A stretch of 64,000 nucleotides of DNA, from contig JBKQWB010000050.1 in the NCBI GenBank assembly GCA_052139735.1, positions 8,337-72,336 of the forward strand, given 5' to 3'. Every line of letters starts with the position of its first letter. The first letter of the stretch is position 1. The notes under the pieces are model-generated. The model had not been told where the DNA came from. It searched no databases and worked only from the letters and a program-made list of their open reading frames with translations. A program made the position numbers and the translations under genes. This document shows positions 48,301-58,455 of the stretch, piece by piece. Source of the stretch: Smithella sp. (GTDB lineage Bacteria > Desulfobacterota > Syntrophia > Syntrophales > Smithellaceae).

Positions 48301-51300
48301 ATTGTTTTCCCGTCCGTTAAATATAATATTGGCAGGTCCGCTTCTCTTTATCTGGCTGATTTCCCCCGTAATCGCCTATTGGATCAGCAAACCAATACGA
48401 CGCCGTGAAGCACGGCTTACTTCTGATCAGATTATTTTTCTTAGAAAAATTTCCCGAAAAACCTGGGCTTTTTTCGAAACATTTGCCGGACATGAAGATA
48501 ATTGGCTGCCGCCGGATAATTATCAGGAGCAACCTGTTGGTGTAGTCGCCCATCGCACATCGCCGACTAATATGGGCCTATCGCTTATGGCTAATCTCAG
48601 TGCCTGCGATTTCGGCTACATAACAACAAGACAATTCATCAAACGCACAGCAAATACACTCAACACGATGGAAACAATGGAACGGCACAGAGGTCATTTC
48701 TATAACTGGTACGACACGCAATCACTGGATCCTTTGTTTCCTCTCTATATTTCATCGGTGGACAGCGGAAATCTTACCGGCTATCTGCTGATATTAAGAT
48801 CAGGATTACATACGCTTCCCGATCAGAAAATCATAGGGCGGCAGATATTCGTTGGACTCAGAGACACTCTGGAAATTTTCGCGGGCGCTGCGGGCAAATC
48901 CGCTCCGGCGCAACTCATTCAGATCAAGAATGATCTGGCATCGGCAATTTCATCCGAACCGGATACTCTCACGGAATTAAGACTATGCATCGAACGGCTG
49001 TCAATGGCCGCAGAAGAGATGAATGCCGGAGTTAATGCCATCGACAACGATCCTGACAGCCAATTAAGATACTGGGTGCAGGCATTCGTTAATCAATGTC
49101 TTGCAGCCCTGGATGAACTGCGTTTTTTCGCATCATGGATATTCGACCCACGATTTTCCGGAATAATCAATAAAATACCAGAACTTAATGAAGTATTGAC
49201 TTTGAGAAATTTAACCCATCTTGAAGAAGAATTGTCGTCTGCCATCGAAGAGCGGATGGGAGATGATCTGACTGCCAATGAACTTGCGCAGTTGGATGAT
49301 CTTAAAAAAATAATATCAGACACAAGCCCGCGCGCCGGAAATATTATGACGGACATAGAATCACTGGCAAATAAATGCGGCGATTTCAGCCGGATAGAAT
49401 ATGATTTTCTGTTTGATAAAGCGAGTAATCTGCTCAGCATAGGATACAATGTCAGCAACTTGCGTAGAGATACCAGTTTCTATGATTTGCTGGCAGCGGA
49501 AGCGAGATTCACTAATTTTGTCGGTATAGCCCAGGGGAAACTGCCCCAGGAAAGCTGGTTCTCTCTGGGAAGACTGCTTACTACCGCCGGAGGGAAGCCT
49601 GTTCTCGTATCGTGGAGCGGTTCCATGTTCGAATACCTGATGCCTCTTTTGGTTATGCCTACCTACGAGAACTCTCTTCTCGACCAGACCTATAAGGCGG
49701 CGGTAGCCATGCATATCAAATACGGGAAAAAGCATGCGGTTCCATGGGGCATTTCGGAATCAGGCTACAACGCCTTTGACAGCCATCTCAATTATCAGTA
49801 TCGCGCCTTCGGCGTGCCCGGCCTTGGTCTCAAACGAGGATTGGCGGAAGATATGGTTATAGCTCCCTACGCTTCGGCGCTGGCTTTGATGGTTGAACCT
49901 CAAGAGGCGTGCCTGAATCTGGAAAGACTTGCGCAAGCGGGCTTTGAAGGCAGATTCGGTTTCTATGAAGCCATTGATTATACGCCATCGCGTCTGACGC
50001 GAGGCCAATCAAACGCTGTGGTTAATTCCTTCATGGCGCATCACCAGGGCATGACTCTGCTGGCACTGGCCTATTTACTGCTGGACAAACCGATGCAAAA
50101 ACTATTCGAATCGGAACCATTATTCCAGTCGGCGATGTTGCTGCTCCAGGAGATGGTCCCCAAAGCTGTCACTTTTTACACTTCTCCGCCGGAACTTGCC
50201 AGTTCACACAAGGAACCGGTTGGCATGGAATCCCCTGTGCGTATTTTCAATACACCCGATACAACCATTCCGGAAATACAACTGCTTTCAAACGGCAGAT
50301 ATCATATCATGCTGACGAATGCCGGCGGCGGTTACAGCCGTTGGAAGGATATCGCCTTAACCCGTTTTCGCGAAGACAGCACCTGCGACGACTACGGAAT
50401 ATTCTGTTATCTCCGTGATGCAAAAAGCGGGGAAGTCTGGTCAACAACCTATCAGCCGACTCTAAAGCAACCTCTTCGTTACGAGGCTGTTTTCTCGGAT
50501 GGCCGGGTGGAATTCCACCGCCGGGACAATGATTTTGACGTGCATACGGAAATCGTTGTTTCGCCGGAAGACGATATTGAACTTCGCCGCATGACGATAA
50601 CAAATCACTCGCGCGTGCGCAGGACCATAGACATAGCAAGTTACGCCGAGGTCGTCATCGCCAACCCAGCCGCGGACAAAATTCATCCGGCGTTTTCCAA
50701 TCTTTTTGTTGAGACCGAAATCATCGAACAGCGCCGGGCAATCCTTTGCACCCGCAGGCCGCGTTCCGAAGGCGAAAAGACTTACTGGATGTTTCACTTG
50801 ATGGCCGTGCATGGGACGGACATCGAGCAGGTTTCCTATGAAACCGACCGGACGCGTTTTATCGGCAGGGGAAATACTGTTAATGATCCACAGGCCATGG
50901 GTTCTCCTACCGATCTTTTTGGAACGCTCTCCGACAGCCAGGGTTCGGTGCTTGATCCGATTGTCTCCATCATGTCCAGAATCACGCTTGACCCGGAACA
51001 ATCGGCTACGGTTGATATGGTTTTTGGAATTAATGAAACCAGAGATGCCGCCTTAATCATGGTTGATAAATATCAGGACAGGCGTATCGCGGATCGTGTT
51101 TTTGATATGGCATGGACACAGAGTCAGGTATTGCTGCGGCAGATCAATGCCACGGAGGCCGATGCACAGCTTTACTGCCACATTGCCAGCTCGCTGATTT
51201 ATCCAAATGACTCCATGCGCGCCGATGCCAATATTATAACCGAGAATCGCCAGGGGCAATCAGGTCTCTGGGGCTATGCCATATCCGGCGATTTACCGAT

Positions 51301-54109
51301 TGTGCTGTTAAAGATTGCCGAATTATCACATATCGAACTGGTACGCCAGCTTATTCATGCCCACGTATACTGGCGATTAAAAGGTTTAGCCGTGGATCTT
51401 GTAATCTGGAACGAAGATCATGCCGGATACAGGCAGATTCTGCATGATCAGATTATGGGACTCATTGCCTCAGGCATCGTCGTGGACCTGAAAGATCAGC
51501 CCGGTGGAATTTTTGTCAGATCCACGGATCAGATATCAGAAGAAGACCGCATCCTGATTCAAACTGTAGCCCATGTTATTGTCTCCGGCGACGGGGGAAA
51601 ACTGGACAATCAGGCCAAACAGCGCGTCGGCTTAAAAATAGCTGTTCCACGCCTGATACCAAGCCGCACCCACCGCCCGGCGCTTACGCCAACAGCCGCT
51701 GTGCCGCGTAACGACCTGTTGTTCTTTAATGGTCTTGGCGGATTCACCCCCGATGGACGCGAGTATGTTATTTCGACTTCCCAGACTCAGATAACGCCGG
51801 CGCCATGGGCAAATGTACTGGCAAACCATATGTTCGGCACAGTAATTTCCGAAAGCGGCATGGCTTACACCTGGGCGGAAAATGCCCATGAATTTCGTCT
51901 TACTCCCTGGCACAATGATCCGGTAAGCGATAAGAGTGGAGAAGCCTTTTACATCCGCGATGATGAGCGCGGCCACTTCTGGTCGCCTATGCCGCTGCCC
52001 AAACGAGGGGCTACCCCTTACGTCACCCGGCACGGCTTTGGCTACAGCGTCTTTGAGCATGAAGAACGCGGCATCTATTCAGAAGTTTTGGTTTACGTGG
52101 CTCTGGATGCGGCTGTTAAGTTTATAGTACTGAATATAAAAAATAAAACAGGACAATCGCGCCGTCTTTCCGTCACGGGATACGCCCAGTGGGTTCTGGG
52201 CGACCTCCAGGCAAAAACTGCCATGCATGTCGTCACAGACATTGATCTCCAAAGCGGCGCTATCTTTGCGCGTAACTCCTACAACACAGAATTTCCCAAC
52301 CGGATTGCCTTCTTCAATACCGACGCTCTGATGCGGACTTGCAGCGGCAATCGCACGGATTTTCTTGGACGGAATGGAACACTCAAAGATCCGGCTGCGA
52401 TGAAGCGTTTGCATCTTTCCGGCAAAGTCGGCGCGGGAATGGATCCCTGCGCCGCGATCCAGGTTCCCTTTGATCTGGTTGACGGAGAAGAAAAAAAAAT
52501 CGTCTTCACTCTGGGAGTGGGACGAAATCCAAGTGAAGCCGGAAAACTCGCGCAACTCTTCAGCGATTCACAAGCAGCCGACAACGCCATCAACGCGGTG
52601 CGGCAATACTGGGATCATACCCTTAATACCGTACAGATAAAAACACCTGATCCGTCTCTTAACGTGCTGGCAAACGGCTGGCTTTTATACCAGACACTGG
52701 CTTGCCGGATATGGGCGCGATCAGGGTATTATCAGTCGGGCGGCGCCTTCGGCTTCCGCGATCAGTTGCAGGACGTCATGGCGCTTATTCATGCCGGACC
52801 TGACTTTGCCCGCGAACAACTGCTTCTTTGCGCATCACACCAATTCGAGGTTGGAGATGTTCAGCACTGGTGGCATCATCCTCTTGGCCGCGGTGTACGC
52901 ACAAAATGTTCCGACGATTATCTCTGGCTGCCGCTGACAACCTGTTACTACATATCGGCAACCGGTGATAACAAAATACTGGATGAATCTATTTCCTTTA
53001 TTAATGGCCGTCCGGTAAACATGGAAGAGGATTCATATTACGATCTGCCAGCCCGGTCTCTCGAAACGGCCAGCTTATATGAACACTGCGTGAGATCTAT
53101 CAACAGAGGTCTCCGTTTCGGCGAGCACGGACTTCCGCTTATGGGCTCAGGGGACTGGAACGACAGCATGAACATGGTCGGTATTAAAGGAAAGGGTGAA
53201 AGCGTCTGGCTGGGATTTTTCCTTTATGAGGTCCTCACACAATTCGCAAAAATCGCCGATCTGCGTGGAGACACGTCTTTTGGCGAACATTGTCAGAAAG
53301 AAGCGTCACAATTACGTCTAAATATCGAGCAGCACGGGTGGGACGGCTCGTGGTACCGGCGCGCCTACTTCGATAACGGCACAGTACTCGGCTCTGCTAA
53401 AAATCAGGAATGCCGTATTGATTCTATTGTCCAGAGCTGGGCCGTTTTATCCGGAGCGGCAAACGACAATCATTGCCGTATGGCCATGGAAGCATTGAGT
53501 AAATACCTTATTCGTAGCGATATCGGAATCGTCCAGCTTCTGGACCCGCCATTCGACAAGTCCGGTTTGAATCCCGGTTATATCAAGGGATACGTCCCCG
53601 GCGTAAGAGAGAACGGCGGACAATATACCCACGGAGCCATCTGGGCGGCGATGGCGTTCGCGGCGCTGCGAGATAATCGGCGTGCATGGGAAATTATGAC
53701 GATGATCAACCCGATAAACCATACGAGTTCTTCTGAGGCGATGGCAACCTATAAAGTTGAGCCGTATGTTGTCGCGGCCGATATATACGCGCTGGTGCCG
53801 CATGCCGGCCGAGGTGGATGGACATGGTACACCGGCTCTGCCGGCTGGATGTACCGGTTGATCGTAGAATCTCTTCTGGGACTAAAGCGAGAGGGGAATA
53901 AACTGAGATTGATGCCGTGCCTGCCTGCGGACTGGAATGGATTTGGACTCCGTTACCGGTATGGAAAAACAATCTATCACATTGCCGTCTCACGCGCAGA
54001 CGAAAGAAAAATTGAAATGGAAGTAACCATTGACGGGGAAGAACAAATAGATAAAATGATTCCGCTTGAGGATGATGGGAGGGAACATATGGTCGAGGTG
54101 ATAATCTGA
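45392..54109 (+). CDS. ndvB: Cyclic beta-1,2-glucan synthase (Cgs/NdvB/ChvB-like; GT84 glycosyltransferase + GH94 phosphorylase modules)
   Basis: 2905 aa in a single ORF, with a TTG start 8 nt after GGAG. N-terminal EWFLDNFYLIEEQIR, TM segments, the GT DxD region ITLDTDTKMPRD, and the C-terminal GH94-like FRDQLQDVMAL. Size and order match known Cgs proteins of about 2.8-2.9 kaa. Confidence 0.85.
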   Translation: MKASRIIFNYLNNLKTQLPDVNLPKKLTEDKLLRSELFSSKQMRQHGRTIAGAHKLGSGRTSNQLLKRLTDNEDVLFQVRNIQTNAIKDNLSITPAEEWFLDNFYLIEEQIRIARKHLPKVYSRELPHLANGPSENLPRVYDIALEMISHGDGRVDSKTISLFVSSYQTVNMLKMGELWAIPIMLRLALIENIRRIAVRISKDRASRNLADYWAGKMTATAHKDPKNLFLEIADMVRSDPPIVGAFVAEISRQLQGQGPALVLPLTWIEQRLSEYGQTIKTFVNLESQQQASDQVSISNSITSLRFLGTMNWREFVETMSEADQILRGDPGDIYVKMDFSTRDRYRHVIEKIARKSNLSESEVARMAIDLAKNGVNNRTAHVGYYLIDEGLSELESLSKVRLSPFEIIQRLSHRIPLLLYIGSITLLTVIFTIILLAKAHTDGLHSWPLVIIGFLFLLGTSHLAVALVNWISTLLVSPHPLPRMDFSRGIPPECRTLVAIPTMLTSPQGIANLIESVEIQFLGNQDTNLRFAILTDFSDARAQTMPDDEQLLNLANKGIDTLNEKYRSSKGDIFFLFHRPRLFNPEENIWMGYERKRGKLADLNAFLRGRTKDSSGNLFLRVAGDTAELRNVKYVITLDTDTKMPRDAAWQFVGTIAHPLNRAQYDEKNKCVSQGYGILQPRVSVSLPNMNRSFYSAMYENNSGIDPYTKAVSDVYQDIFGEGSFIGKGIYDIDAFEAALNGYLPENKILSHDLIEGCHARSGLISDAHLYEEYPLNYRADVSRRHRWIRGDWQIATWIRQTVPTFDGSTRNNPLSMLSQWKIFDNLRRSLTSPALTLMILLGWTLFPSAWFWTLAVLGIILLPVLIMSAISFFQKPRNVIWSRHLTSAANKAGNNIIQTVFALICLPHEAFFHTDAIARTLWRMLITHKRLLEWNPSENTNNHQRNEITVYCKIMWFAPFFAIAASMAILFSRPLNIILAGPLLFIWLISPVIAYWISKPIRRREARLTSDQIIFLRKISRKTWAFFETFAGHEDNWLPPDNYQEQPVGVVAHRTSPTNMGLSLMANLSACDFGYITTRQFIKRTANTLNTMETMERHRGHFYNWYDTQSLDPLFPLYISSVDSGNLTGYLLILRSGLHTLPDQKIIGRQIFVGLRDTLEIFAGAAGKSAPAQLIQIKNDLASAISSEPDTLTELRLCIERLSMAAEEMNAGVNAIDNDPDSQLRYWVQAFVNQCLAALDELRFFASWIFDPRFSGIINKIPELNEVLTLRNLTHLEEELSSAIEERMGDDLTANELAQLDDLKKIISDTSPRAGNIMTDIESLANKCGDFSRIEYDFLFDKASNLLSIGYNVSNLRRDTSFYDLLAAEARFTNFVGIAQGKLPQESWFSLGRLLTTAGGKPVLVSWSGSMFEYLMPLLVMPTYENSLLDQTYKAAVAMHIKYGKKHAVPWGISESGYNAFDSHLNYQYRAFGVPGLGLKRGLAEDMVIAPYASALALMVEPQEACLNLERLAQAGFEGRFGFYEAIDYTPSRLTRGQSNAVVNSFMAHHQGMTLLALAYLLLDKPMQKLFESEPLFQSAMLLLQEMVPKAVTFYTSPPELASSHKEPVGMESPVRIFNTPDTTIPEIQLLSNGRYHIMLTNAGGGYSRWKDIALTRFREDSTCDDYGIFCYLRDAKSGEVWSTTYQPTLKQPLRYEAVFSDGRVEFHRRDNDFDVHTEIVVSPEDDIELRRMTITNHSRVRRTIDIASYAEVVIANPAADKIHPAFSNLFVETEIIEQRRAILCTRRPRSEGEKTYWMFHLMAVHGTDIEQVSYETDRTRFIGRGNTVNDPQAMGSPTDLFGTLSDSQGSVLDPIVSIMSRITLDPEQSATVDMVFGINETRDAALIMVDKYQDRRIADRVFDMAWTQSQVLLRQINATEADAQLYCHIASSLIYPNDSMRADANIITENRQGQSGLWGYAISGDLPIVLLKIAELSHIELVRQLIHAHVYWRLKGLAVDLVIWNEDHAGYRQILHDQIMGLIASGIVVDLKDQPGGIFVRSTDQISEEDRILIQTVAHVIVSGDGGKLDNQAKQRVGLKIAVPRLIPSRTHRPALTPTAAVPRNDLLFFNGLGGFTPDGREYVISTSQTQITPAPWANVLANHMFGTVISESGMAYTWAENAHEFRLTPWHNDPVSDKSGEAFYIRDDERGHFWSPMPLPKRGATPYVTRHGFGYSVFEHEERGIYSEVLVYVALDAAVKFIVLNIKNKTGQSRRLSVTGYAQWVLGDLQAKTAMHVVTDIDLQSGAIFARNSYNTEFPNRIAFFNTDALMRTCSGNRTDFLGRNGTLKDPAAMKRLHLSGKVGAGMDPCAAIQVPFDLVDGEEKKIVFTLGVGRNPSEAGKLAQLFSDSQAADNAINAVRQYWDHTLNTVQIKTPDPSLNVLANGWLLYQTLACRIWARSGYYQSGGAFGFRDQLQDVMALIHAGPDFAREQLLLCASHQFEVGDVQHWWHHPLGRGVRTKCSDDYLWLPLTTCYYISATGDNKILDESISFINGRPVNMEEDSYYDLPARSLETASLYEHCVRSINRGLRFGEHGLPLMGSGDWNDSMNMVGIKGKGESVWLGFFLYEVLTQFAKIADLRGDTSFGEHCQKEASQLRLNIEQHGWDGSWYRRAYFDNGTVLGSAKNQECRIDSIVQSWAVLSGAANDNHCRMAMEALSKYLIRSDIGIVQLLDPPFDKSGLNPGYIKGYVPGVRENGGQYTHGAIWAAMAFAALRDNRRAWEIMTMINPINHTSSSEAMATYKVEPYVVAADIYALVPHAGRGGWTWYTGSAGWMYRLIVESLLGLKREGNKLRLMPCLPADWNGFGLRYRYGKTIYHIAVSRADERKIEMEVTIDGEEQIDKMIPLEDDGREHMVEVII

Positions 54110-54113
54110 TCTT

Positions 54114-54239
54114 TGGGGCTGTTCAAAAACGCTCATCTGCTGCGTTGCGCTGCAAACCGCACCGCTCAACGTATATCCATATACGCCTCGCAGTTCGGTT
54201 TTTGCGCGCCTTGCATCTGAACATTTTTGAACAGCCCCA
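54114..54239. repeat. 126-bp imperfect palindromic element with 16-bp perfect terminal arms (TGGGGCTGTTCAAAAA / TTTTTGAACAGCCCCA) between convergent cgs and dnaB
   Basis: Arms at 54114-54129 and 54224-54239. The apex palindrome GTATATCCATATAC is at 54171-54184. The interior pairs only partly. Confidence 0.85.
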
Positions 54240-54327
54240 CGCTGTCAATGATAAATCTTGGGTGTCATTTCCCGGCGAGACTGGAAAATCCAGAAATTAT
54301 CAGAAAGAGGCGGCTTGGCATCTTATG

Positions 54328-55683
54328 CTAGCCTTCAGGAGTCTCCACACGGGACAGATTCTGGAAACTCGTATATTTATCCACAAAAGCAAGTTTAACT
54401 GTGTCGATAGGACCGTTTCTTTGTTTCGCGATAATAATTTCCGCGATGCCTTTTTCCGAATTTTCTTCCGATTTGTTATACACTTCGTCACGATAAATAA
54501 AAGCAATGACGTCGGCATCCTGTTCGATAGCGCCCGATTCCCTCAAATCAGCCATTTGCGGGCGCCGGTTAGTACGGGTTTCCACTTGGCGGTTGAGCTG
54601 TGAGAGGGCGACAACCGGCACATTGAGTTCTTTAGCCAGAGCCTTCAAGGAACGGCTTATTTCGGATATTTCCTGTTCGCGGGAATCGCGATTATTTCCT
54701 GAACGCATCAGTTGAATGTAGTCTACAACAACCAATCCGAGTCCTGTATCGGCTTTGAGTCTGCGTGACTTGGCCTTCATTTCCAAAACGGTAATAGCGG
54801 CAGTATCATCAATGAAAAGAGGCGCGTCGGAAAGACGGCCGGCAGCGGTCGTCAGTTTCGGCCAATCGGTTTCGCCCAGAAAACCTTTTCTTAAACGCTG
54901 CGAGTCCACCCTGGCTTCGGAGGCCAGTAGACGAAAAGCAAGCTGTTGCTTGGACATTTCCAGAGAAAAAACAGCGACAGGGATCTGACCCTCCATTGCC
55001 GCATGCAGGGCGATGTTCAGGGCAAAAGCCGTCTTACCCATGCTGGGACGGCCGGCAATAATTATCAGTTCGGATTTCTGCAGGCCGGAAGTTAAATCAT
55101 CAATTTTTTCAAAACCCGTCGGCACTCCGGTAATCAGTTCTTTGCGGGCATAGAGATCTTCAATTGACCGGAAACTGTCTTTGACAATCTCCCTTATCGG
55201 GGAAAAGGCCGGGCGCACTTTATTCTCGGAAATTTCGAAAATACTGTGCTCGGCTTTATCCAGAATATCATCAACATCGGAACCCGTTTCATAGCAACTG
55301 CCTATAATTTCGGTTGCCGAAGTGATTAGCCCGCGGAGAATCGCTTTTTCCTTTACAATCTTGGCATAGTTAGCGACGTTGGCGGCAGAGGGGACATTAT
55401 CCACCAAAGAAGAAATATATAACTGTCCGCCGACCGAATCCAGCATATTTTTGCCTTTGAGGGCATTGCTTAAAGTAATAAGATCAACCGGCTCGTTTCT
55501 TTCGGAGAGCTCGATGATGATGCTGAAAATTTTCCGGTGAGCTTCACTGTAAAAATCACCGGGAGATAGAATTTCGAGCACGCTGTTAATAGCGTTATTT
55601 TCCAGCAGGATACTGCCCAGTATCGACTGTTCAGCTTCTATATTCTGCGGTGGAAGCTTATGTATTGACGGGTCCATGCTCAT
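54328..55683 (-). CDS. dnaB: Replicative DNA helicase DnaB
   Basis: 451 aa. PPQNIEAEQSILGSILL N-terminus, Walker A GRPSMGKT, and SQLNR motif. Confidence 0.97.
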   Translation of the reverse strand: MSMDPSIHKLPPQNIEAEQSILGSILLENNAINSVLEILSPGDFYSEAHRKIFSIIIELSERNEPVDLITLSNALKGKNMLDSVGGQLYISSLVDNVPSAANVANYAKIVKEKAILRGLITSATEIIGSCYETGSDVDDILDKAEHSIFEISENKVRPAFSPIREIVKDSFRSIEDLYARKELITGVPTGFEKIDDLTSGLQKSELIIIAGRPSMGKTAFALNIALHAAMEGQIPVAVFSLEMSKQQLAFRLLASEARVDSQRLRKGFLGETDWPKLTTAAGRLSDAPLFIDDTAAITVLEMKAKSRRLKADTGLGLVVVDYIQLMRSGNNRDSREQEISEISRSLKALAKELNVPVVALSQLNRQVETRTNRRPQMADLRESGAIEQDADVIAFIYRDEVYNKSEENSEKGIAEIIIAKQRNGPIDTVKLAFVDKYTSFQNLSRVETPEG

Positions 55684-55685
55684 TA

Positions 55686-56135
55686 CTATTCGCCGACAAC
55701 CTTTAAATTGATTTCCGTTTCCACATCATGTGTCAACTTGATTTTAATTTTAAATTCGCCTAACGATTTTATATGTTCGCCATGTTCATGCACAATCATT
55801 TTTCTATTAATGTCATAGCCTTTTTCTTTAAGCGCCGTTTCTATGTCCTTGACCGACACGGAACCGAAAATCTTATCCTGATCGCCGACTTTACGGGCCA
55901 TTGTAATAGTTACTTTAGACAAAACATTCGCCAGTTCCTGAGCGGACTTGTGCTCTTTTTCCGCCTTGCGCAGAATATTTCTTTTTTCATGTTCAAAAAC
56001 TTTTATGTTTTTCTCGTCAGCTTCAGCAGCCAATCCTTTCGGTATCAAAAAATTGCGGGCGTACCCGTCATTAGCTTTAACTAAATCTCCGGCCTTACCC
56101 AAAGAAGGCACGTTCTGCTTCAGAATTACTTTCAT
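55686..56135 (-). CDS. rplI: 50S ribosomal protein L9
   Basis: 149 aa; MKVILKQNVPSLGKAGDLVKANDGYARNFLIPKGLA. Confidence 0.95.
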   Translation of the reverse strand: MKVILKQNVPSLGKAGDLVKANDGYARNFLIPKGLAAEADEKNIKVFEHEKRNILRKAEKEHKSAQELANVLSKVTITMARKVGDQDKIFGSVSVKDIETALKEKGYDINRKMIVHEHGEHIKSLGEFKIKIKLTHDVETEINLKVVGE

Positions 56136-56170
56136 GAAAATCCTCCGTTTGTAAAAAAATGATGAAATAA

Positions 56171-57154
56171 TTAATCTGTTGTCTGATCTTTTTGCAAAAA
56201 CTTCCTGAAATCAATCCAAATATCAAATAACCCGACTGTTGCTATAGGTATCATAAGAATTTGTTGGACTGCAATTAAAAAATAGAAAAGATATCGAAAA
56301 AATAGGGGGACTTTTTTAGTCTGAAAAAAGAAGCTAACAATAGCAAGGCCTTGCAGCAAATATATAAAACACGCAACCAAAAATACATTATTACTGAAGA
56401 AATTTAAGTCTTTATTCGGTATAAAGAAGAGCGCGCCGGAGGCGATAAAAATCCAGATCATTAAATCAGGAGCCTTCCAACGGGTAAGCGCTGTAAACTT
56501 CGGAAAGATTATTCCGGCTTTACCCAAATAATTTTTCCCCAGAAGAAAATTTATCCAAATGATCATTGTTGACGATATGATAACGATTGACGGAAATATT
56601 TGAGTAATGCCGCTTACCATGTTCTTTTCATTATCTTTCATAAAGTTAATATCTTCCGCTTTTAAAGGAAACTGGCTGTAGAGTTTCACATTTTCCGCAA
56701 TGGTCGCGGCGATATACTTTTTTACAAGCAGCCATGGATCGGCAGAAAGAACGAACCCATCGTAAATGAAATAGAAACAAATCACGGCAACAATAAAAAT
56801 GGCCGGATAAACAATTGTTTTTTCAACGGAAACATTTTGAATAGCACATTGTGCCATAAATAGTCCGGCTACGCCCATTGTAAAAACGGCGATAGCGGGC
56901 ACATTCAGACCCCAAAACATTGCCGGGAATAAAAGCAGTGAAAAAGAGATTAAGAATGCCGCGGCGGTTTTATTTGTGCCATTAACAATGCCGTTAAAAA
57001 ATAAAATCAAAGGCAGAACAAGAAGAAAAAGCGGCCCGATTACCGGAATAAAAAACGTTGCGAAAATAAAACAGGAAATTACCAGCAGGAGTTTTAGAAA
57101 AGGATTATTGGGAAATGGTATGCTGAATTTTTTCAAAGACGATAACCTGCTCAA
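56171..57154 (-). CDS. DUF2232 (YybS-like) integral membrane protein
   Basis: 327 aa, polytopic. Its position between rpsR and rplI is as in many genomes. The family call rests on context and topology. Confidence 0.55.
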   Translation of the reverse strand: MSRLSSLKKFSIPFPNNPFLKLLLVISCFIFATFFIPVIGPLFLLVLPLILFFNGIVNGTNKTAAAFLISFSLLLFPAMFWGLNVPAIAVFTMGVAGLFMAQCAIQNVSVEKTIVYPAIFIVAVICFYFIYDGFVLSADPWLLVKKYIAATIAENVKLYSQFPLKAEDINFMKDNEKNMVSGITQIFPSIVIISSTMIIWINFLLGKNYLGKAGIIFPKFTALTRWKAPDLMIWIFIASGALFFIPNKDLNFFSNNVFLVACFIYLLQGLAIVSFFFQTKKVPLFFRYLFYFLIAVQQILMIPIATVGLFDIWIDFRKFLQKDQTTD

Positions 57155-57364
57155 AGCCTGATATCTTTATACAACTACATTTGACTGATTGCAATCCAAT
57201 AAAAAATGGTAACGCCATATAAATAGACGTTACCTTATCGATCATTTACTTAAAGACTAATTTTGAACCAATGCAAATTGTATAAAATAACCGTTTTGGG
57301 AAAACTAATAAATTTAACCGGCTTTTAATTCGTTGAAAGAAACGGACAAGCCGGTTTATATACT

Positions 57365-57634
57365 TTATTTCCCGTCAGCGGTAATAAAAGGCATAATCGC
57401 GATCATCCGGGCGCGTTTTATTGCTACGGCCAATTCCCTCTGGTGAGAAGCGCAATTGCCTGTTATCCTGCGCGGCATAATCTTGCCGCGTTCGGTCACA
57501 AAATTATTCAGAATCGCACTATTTTTATAATCAATTTTTATATTGGAATCCGTGCAAAAACGGCAAAATTTCTTTCTATGAAAAAACTTTTTCTGGGGAT
57601 ACCGATTTGGCCTGTCTCCGTTTTGTGCTTCCAT
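57365..57634 (-). CDS. rpsR: 30S ribosomal protein S18
   Basis: 89 aa; KKFCRFC...ID YKN...[15 protein letters not shown]...[13 protein letters not shown]. Confidence 0.95.
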   Translation of the reverse strand: MEAQNGDRPNRYPQKKFFHRKKFCRFCTDSNIKIDYKNSAILNNFVTERGKIMPRRITGNCASHQRELAVAIKRARMIAIMPFITADGK

Positions 57635-57637
57635 TGT

Positions 57638-58117
57638 TTATTCCCCTTTCGTTGAGATTTCTTCTTTGTTATAAATTTTCTTAGGTGCGGAAAAGGAAGG
57701 CTTTGCTCCGCTTACTACTGCCTGACTAATAGTCTTTGCTTCAGAACCGGCGGATTCAATTTCCACACGCGCCTGGGTGCGCTTTGCCTCCGCCTCCGCG
57801 GCTTCCTGTTCAATACCTTCTTGCGTGGACGCTCCCTCCTTTTTTACGGTCATGAATTTAAGGATGCGGTCGTCAATTTTATAAGTTCTTTCAATTTCCG
57901 CGACGATAGCGCCATCGCCGGCAAAATCTATAAGAAAATAATACCCGTCTTTTTGTTTTTTGATTTCATAGGCAAGATGTCTTTTACCCCATCTTTCTAT
58001 TTTGGCAATAACACCTTTGCGGTCGGTAATAATTGTCTGGCTGCGGTCTATTAACGCGGTCATGTCGTCATCGTTTAAATTAGCGATAACGATAGCTACA
58101 ACTTCGTATCTTTGCAA
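57638..58117 (-). CDS. rpsF: 30S ribosomal protein S6 (with an extended acidic/Ala-rich C-terminus)
   Basis: 159 aa. MQRYEVVAIV...WGKRHLAYEIKKQKDGYY. TTG start 6 nt after AAGGAG. Confidence 0.9.
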   Translation of the reverse strand: MQRYEVVAIVIANLNDDDMTALIDRSQTIITDRKGVIAKIERWGKRHLAYEIKKQKDGYYFLIDFAGDGAIVAEIERTYKIDDRILKFMTVKKEGASTQEGIEQEAAEAEAKRTQARVEIESAGSEAKTISQAVVSGAKPSFSAPKKIYNKEEISTKGE

Positions 58118-58455
58118 AATGTTCTCCTTTCGGCTCTAAAGCCCATGATATTTACAGACGTTCACAGGCAAGGAGTCTTAAATTAGTAGTGGTGGCTTCT
58201 ATCTCAAACTCAAACAGAAATCAAGGACTTTTATTATTGACGGAATAATATTAAAATCCGGCAAAACTATGCCCCGGAATAAAACAAATCAACGGCAATA
58301 ACTCGTTTGAATTAAACGGTTTTTGTCAAAATCTGCGTTAAATTAGCAACAGATGCCATTTCGTTTTACGGGAAATCCGACTAAGACACGCCTAAGGCTA
58401 AGCGAAGAAAAACAAACAGGCGTCAGGATCGGCGCCAGGCAAAAGACAGGCGGCA

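Noticed and set aside
45596-53993. Numerous antisense or alternate-frame ORFs (60-179 aa) inside the glucan synthase gene
   Set aside because: They are shadow ORFs of a long, moderately GC-rich gene, and the 2905-aa frame is continuous with family motifs.
54145-54603. 152-aa plus-strand ORF
   Set aside because: It starts inside the palindromic element and runs antisense to the well-supported dnaB 3' end, with no recognisable motif.
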